In this document: in pieces, positions 48,670 through 64,000 of the stretch | Layout of the letters: the number at the start of each line of letters is the position of its first letter | Position numbering within the stretch: the stretch's first letter is position 1 | NCBI GenBank assembly: GCA_033442325.1 | Contig: JAWQFM010000002.1 | Location: forward strand, 1,534,076 to 1,598,075 | Source: Salpingoeca rosetta | Taxonomy: Eukaryota; Protista; Choanoflagellata | Reading direction: 5' to 3' | Length of the DNA: 64,000 nt | Position numbers and translations under genes: made by a program | The notes under the pieces: model-generated | Database searches by the model: none | Told to the model about the DNA's origin: nothing | The model's input: the letters and a program-made list of their open reading frames with translations, nothing else

Positions 48670-51600
48670 AGACGCGTGAAGTCGTGCAGTTTGCATACAC
48701 GGGTTGGCCAGATCACGGCGTGCCTGCCACCACAAAAGAAATGATCAACTTCAGGTTGGAGTTGGTGGAAGTAATCGGGTGTTGTGGAGGATCGTCTGTC
48801 AACCACACCCAATCGTTTTGCGTGCAAGGAGATGGTCATTCTGCACGACTGCACATACACGGCGCGCGCTCGCGCGCTCTCCCACTCATATTCATCGCCT
48901 TGCGCGCTTTGGCAATATGTACTTGATTGGTTTGCAGGCGCCGTGTCAAGGAGGAGCACCTGAAGCGCAAGGGCCCATTGCTCACTCACTGCAGTGCCGG
49001 TGTTGGTCGCACCGGCACCTTCATTGGACTGGATCGCTACCTCGACGCATGCCTTTCCTGCCAGAAGCAGACCATCCTGGGCATCGTCGAGGATATGCGC
49101 CACCACCGCAACTTCATGGTGCAGTCGCCGGTAAGAGGAGGCCGTTTGTCACATGGACTGCACCTTGCCGCTGCTCCCTCAATTCCGTGCGTGAATCTTA
49201 CATTGCCGACATCTGCCTGTGTCTCTTTGATGGCTGATGCTGTTGTCATGCCCATGCACCCAGATCCAATTCGTGTTCCTGTACCTGGCGTGTCTCGACG
49301 GCCTGGAGCGCATGCAGAAGATCACAACCAAGGTAACCAACGCAGGGGCAAGGCGAAGGGATGCAGGTGCCTGCGGCACTTGCAGCATGTAAGATCCTGT
49401 GATGCCGGCCTGTGTTCATGGGGAAGGGGTCACTCATGTTGTTCTTGGTACATTTTCGTTTTATGCATCCTGACTGACGACGACAGGCGAAGCGCTATCT
49501 GACGTTGACGGCAGATGAGCGGCGCCAAGAAGAGCTCGCGGAAGTCACCGGTATGTATGTTGAGAGCGCCCCTTTGCAATGCGTGGTGCATCTGTGGTCA
49601 AATCAGAACTGCTGCCTCGCTCGTAGAAAGCCCATTACATTCACTCTCTCCGCTCACATGGTCTCGTGTGTGCCCTGAATGCAGCTGCTTTGGAGCAGGG
49701 CGAGAAAGCCCTCAACACGTGGAAGCTGCGTGAGAAGCGTCAGGTGAGATGGGGACGAGCGTCTGTTGTCAAGAGCATCTGCCTCTCTCCAGCGTGCGAG
49801 CTAGCATGTCTGTGGTTGCTTGCGGTGATGTCGTGTCGTTCTGTGTCTTGCAGACATTTGTCTGCTCACTCTGCCCAATCATCACCACGATTAATTAACC
49901 AGGTCCCAGCTGCTGGCGAGATCTTCAAGGTGGGCAGCTCAACGTCTGCACGCATGCATGGCCCTAATCGATCCCTCTTGATTTATCGACTTCTCCCTTG
50001 AAACGCTCCGGGTTGCTCACACGCGCACACTTCTCTTCACGAACACACGCGCAAACTGTACTCGTTTGATCTCTTTGTTTTGCACGCGCAGAACTCGGAT
50101 GACCCCTCAGGTTCGACAGCGCTTGTTCGCGAGACAGAAGGCTCCTTATCATTTGTTTGAAGAGGCACTGGTGCCCTGGTCCTGGTTGACAGACGGGCTT
50201 TACTGCGACTGATCAAAACCTCACGCCATCACACCCTACTTTCATCTACTGAAACTTACACGTGCTCGGAAACATGTGTCCTTAGGCAAGACTGGCTACT
50301 TTGACCCTGAAGCACCCACACTCAAGCGCCGCATGGAAGCTCTCAACCAATCGGTGTGTGTGTGTGTATGTGTGCGTGTGCGTGTGTGTGTATGTGTGCG
50401 TGTGCGTGTGTTTGAATGTGTGCGTGCGTGCGTGCGTGTGTGTGTGTTTGAATGTGTGTGCGTGTGTTTGAATGTGTGCGTGTATGAATGTGTTTGTGCG
50501 TGCGTGTATGAATGTGCGCGCGCGCGTGTGTGTATGAGCGTGTGCGCGTGCGTGCATGTTGTGAGGTTTTGCAGCCCACGCGTGTACATTTGGTTGCCCA
50601 GGGAGGGAGCTTGCCTGCACCTCATTTCTGTTCGAAATGCACATGTATCGTTTCTCACTGTCTTCTCATGTGCCACGCATACCAGCGAGTGACCTGGAAC
50701 AAAGAGCTGTCAGACGCACAGGCCCGCTGGCAGAAGGAGCGGGTAGGTGCAGAGTACATGGTCGATGACAACCTGCTCCGTGCACTTTCTCGGACTGCAT
50801 GATTCAATGCGCTGACGCATACGACCGCACCCTAACATGTAGTGTGGTGTGATGCTGTGATTCTAGGGCGAGAATGGCGAGGTGTACAACATTGAGGAGA
50901 CCATGGCACCAATGCAGTCACGCTTGGCGGCGCTGGCTGAGGCACAGGCAGCCTTCCAGCAACGTGCAACAGGGGACGCCCAGCTGGTTGAGCTGAAGGA
51001 CAACATTGCATCTGTGCAGAACCGTCTTGAGGTGGGTGTGGTTCGTGTGCGCTTGCGTGTGCGCGTGCGTGTGTTTGTTTGTTTGGTTGTGCCGACTTTG
51101 GATCTCACGTACTCTGATTGGGGGTTGCGTGTTTGACAGAGCTTGTGCGTGTTTGTGTATGGCGAGTCATGGAAGAAGCGCGGGCATGGCTTCCGTGGCA
51201 AGGGTTCGGACGCCCCTGTGCGGTCGCACACCACGGAAATGCTTGGAACACTCCAGAACCGCCTTGAAATGCTGGCTCGTGACACCACGTCATGGCTCGA
51301 CAGGTTTGCCATCAAGCTCCAGCTGTTGTGTTGATGTGTTGCGCTGTGCTGTGTTGCACGGTGCTGTGTTGTGTAGGATGAGTTTGTTGTTTATGTGTGC
51401 TGCTTGACATGCACATCTCCCTCTTATATATACACCCGCACACACACTCACTGACTCACTGACTCACTGACTCACTGACTCACCCACTCACCCACTCACC
51501 CACTCACTCGCTGACCCACTCACTCTCTCTCACACACACATGCATGGTACATGGGTGGGACAGGGAGTTCCATGCATATCAGCCATACACGGGCCCAGAC

Positions 51601-52175
51601 ACGTTTCAGCAAGAGGTGCAGGAGCAGCGCGCACTGCAGGAGAAGGTGATGAAGCAGCGCATGCAGGAGCAGCAAGAGCGCGAGCAGCGCGCGCAGCAGG
51701 CCCAACAAGACAAAGAGCGCATGGCAGCCGAGGCAAAGGCACGCGAGGAGGCCGAGCGCAAGGAGCGTGAGCAGCGCGAGCAGGTGAAGGAGATGTTTGC
51801 CAAGGTGCCCGACATCCCGCTTTCCGCAAACTACGACCCGGCCAAGGCGCGCGCGGAGAAGCAGCGCCTTGCTGAGCTGGAGCTGAAGAAGCAGCAGGAG
51901 CAAGAGGCCGCTGCCAAGGCTGCGGAGGAAGCCGAGCGCCTTAAGCTCGAGGAGAAGGAGGCCAAGAAGGAAAAGGCCAAGAAGAAGGCCTCCCGCTTCC
52001 TTGGGTCAGTGCGTGTGTGTGTTGTGTGTGTGTGTGTGTTGTGTGTGTGTGTGTGTTGTGTGCAAGCAAATGCAATGGGGCTTCTTGTATTCCTGCAGTC
52101 ATGCGACCCTCACTCACTTTTCCCCCTTTCCTTGCTGCGCAACACACACCCACTGGCAGGCGTCTGCGCAAGTAA
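46223..52175 (+). CDS. Classical non-receptor protein tyrosine phosphatase with N-terminal MGxxxS motif and a long helical/coiled-coil C-terminus
   Basis: [64 protein letters not shown]|IQF. No TM segment seen. Ends KKKASRFLG|RLRK*; the last exon is inferred. Confidence 0.9.
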
Positions 52176-52456
52176 GCAGCCACTACCATGCTGTCCCCAT
52201 TCCGGTACACACGTGCATTGCTGCATTGGAAGTGATTCTGATTGGATCTTGGAAGAGCCGTCCTTGAATGAAGACCTTGAAGTGTGATAGTGTTTTGCGT
52301 TTGCTTTCTGCTGATTGCTCGCTCTTGCTTTTGCTCTGAACAACAACAAACAACAATCGAGCAAGGAAGCAAAATCATAACAACCACACGCAATCATCGT
52401 CTCGCGGTTGGTGAGCAAAGGCAATGTCAGCTTCCTGTTCCTGATCATCATCTATC

Positions 52457-54193
52457 ATGGAGGACCCACCAACCTCGACAAGGTGTGCCGAAGACGGAGA
52501 AGCAAGTCACACCGTCAAGGGAGGTGAGGTAGCGATGCGCGTCGTCATGTATATGCGTGTCAATGGAGACGGTACTGAGGGCAACGAGGAAGCACCATTG
52601 GCACCAGAAGACGCAGCACGTGGCTTTGTGTTTCGAGGAAGGCCACTGGACATGCACTGGTCGCCACTTCACAGTGAGTACAAGAACAAGTTCGTGGGGG
52701 AAGAATACTCTGCGTTGCAACTCACCGTGCCTGATGGCCCATGGCTTTGAAACTATGTCCACCATCAGCATCCTGTTCTTACTCTTGTCTCGCTTGGTCC
52801 ATCGTCTGACTCCCTGACCTTCTTTGTTGACATGACACCCGCGCTCACACCGCTCACAACTCTTACACCCGAGTACACTGCTCCCACCGCCGACCGCACG
52901 AATCCTTGAGTCGTTCCGTATCTTCCAGGGAACAAGCCCTGCACTGTATGGCGCTACAACAAGACACCGCCGCCTGTATCTGCGGTGAAGGGAGATGCAT
53001 CTCTTCCAGACAGCGGCAAGTCAGTGTCCAGGATTGGCTCGACAGAAGCGCGCAAAGAGCAGCAGCGGCAGCAGCGACCGATGGACGCACAGGGTCATGA
53101 TGACGATGGTGGCGACGATGATGATGATGTCAGTGACAAGGGCGAGGCCAGAAGAGGTACTACTGTGGGGTCCCTGCAGCAGTCACGTGCAACGCCGTCG
53201 GCTTGGACGGTGGCCAAGCTGCGACACAAAACAAGAAAGCACCACCACCACCACCACCACCACCACCACCACCACCACCATCATAAGCGCAGCAAGTCTG
53301 CGGCATCTGAGGCAGCATCAGTGCTTCGGACAGCTGCATCCAGCTCACACAGGGCCAAGAGCAAGCACAGCATCGTGACGCGCAGCCCTCTGCTCAAACC
53401 GCTCAAGGATTTGGCAGGGTTGACCCCGCACCTGCGTGGCCGATGGTTGTGGCCTGCGAGCACAGAGAGCTTTCGCAGCCACAGCGACAAGCTACAGGCC
53501 TTGCACATCCTATCCAAGGCCTCCAACCATCTCCACTGCACAGCAAAGCTGCAGGTAACAGCCACGTGGCCTTTCTCATTTCCATACATGTTGGTACACA
53601 CGCCCCTGGTTGCTGTGCCAGTTCACGTTGGGTCCTGTCCATGAGCCATGTACGCGCTGACCACCCACAACTCCGATTGTGTTGTGATCCTGTGATCCAT
53701 ACACAAGCCCTCACCCCTTAAACCCCCTCCACGCGCACCATGACAGGAGACAGGCGAAGAGGCGCCGTGCGAGGGCTGCACGCCATCTGTGCTGCTCGCT
53801 CCAGCAGGTGTTGCCGCGCACCTGCCCTGCATGTGCAGTCGGGTCAACGGTATCCACGTTTATTGCGACTTGGAATTGGCGCTTCAGGTCGGTTCGCAGC
53901 ACAGGCGAGGTTGAGGAGGGGGCAACAGAAGCAGGGCAGCGACAGAGAGACAGCTTGCAACGGCCGCTTGTCGGGGGCACAGCATGAACAGCACTCCACT
54001 CCACCACACCGCACGCAGCAACCACCACGCGCATGCATGCTCAAAACACACATCTAATACGCGACACACACACACACACGCACACACGCGCGCGTGCGCA
54101 ACACATACACACACATACAGGTGCGACATCTGTTGCGCCACAGGCTCGGTGTCACAGAACCCTTGCTCTACTTCTCAACACGACAAGGGCACA

Positions 54194-54207
<14 letters not shown>
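52457..54207 (+). CDS. Hypothetical protein with poly-His tract (putative exons 52457-52673, 52929-53554, 53747-53887, 54121-54207)
   Basis: Four segments join in frame via GT-AG introns; 14-His run and a Cys/His-containing C-terminal region. No family recognised. Confidence 0.45.
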
Positions 54208-58050
<3,843 letters not shown>

Positions 58051-58220
58051 CTTCCTTGTTGCTTCTTGCTTTGTGTTTAGGGAAGTGCGCCGTTTTTTGT
58101 TGTTGGTTGTTGTTGTTGGAGAGGACGAAGACCACAACGCAGACACACACACAGACACACACACACACAGAACCCCCCCCCCCCCACACACACACACACA
58201 GGCCCAGACACACACAGAGG

Positions 58221-63882
<5,662 letters not shown>

Positions 63883-64000
63883 GGTGAGCTTGCTCTCCGC
63901 ACACACACACACATCCACACATAAGCACACACACGCACATACACACACACACACACATACACACATCAGCATACACACATAAGCACACACACGCATAAGC

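Overview
Intron-rich eukaryotic genomic DNA with GC-rich exons, short GT-AG introns saturated with (GT)n/(CA)n microsatellites, polyQ and poly-acidic coding tracts, and two 100-N gaps. Style and gene content suggest a choanoflagellate such as Salpingoeca rosetta (inference). Most ORFs in the supplied track are microsatellite artefacts, so genes were rebuilt by hand-splicing. About 14 genes, in order: PSTPIP-like F-BAR (-, partial), SENP8/DEN1 (+), TMEM203/TMEM60-like (-), a 20-exon ~1,877-aa multidomain protein (+), ATRX-like SNF2 ATPase (+), KCC-type SLC12 cotransporter (-), SKA1 (+), a SLOG/MoCo-carrier-like protein (-), MCM7 (+), THUMP methyltransferase (-), a putatively myristoylated classical PTP (+), a hypothetical poly-His gene (+), RAP1/TERF2IP (-) and HPS3 (+, partial). 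The standout is the gene at 5955-16379: one frame-consistent transcript encoding SCP2 - FYVE - TM - ABC1/UbiB atypical kinase - beta-lactamase-fold serine hydrolase, with a complete START lipid-transfer domain inserted inside the hydrolase. That is three lipid-binding modules on a kinase-esterase core. All family calls come from motif recognition by eye; no database searches were run.
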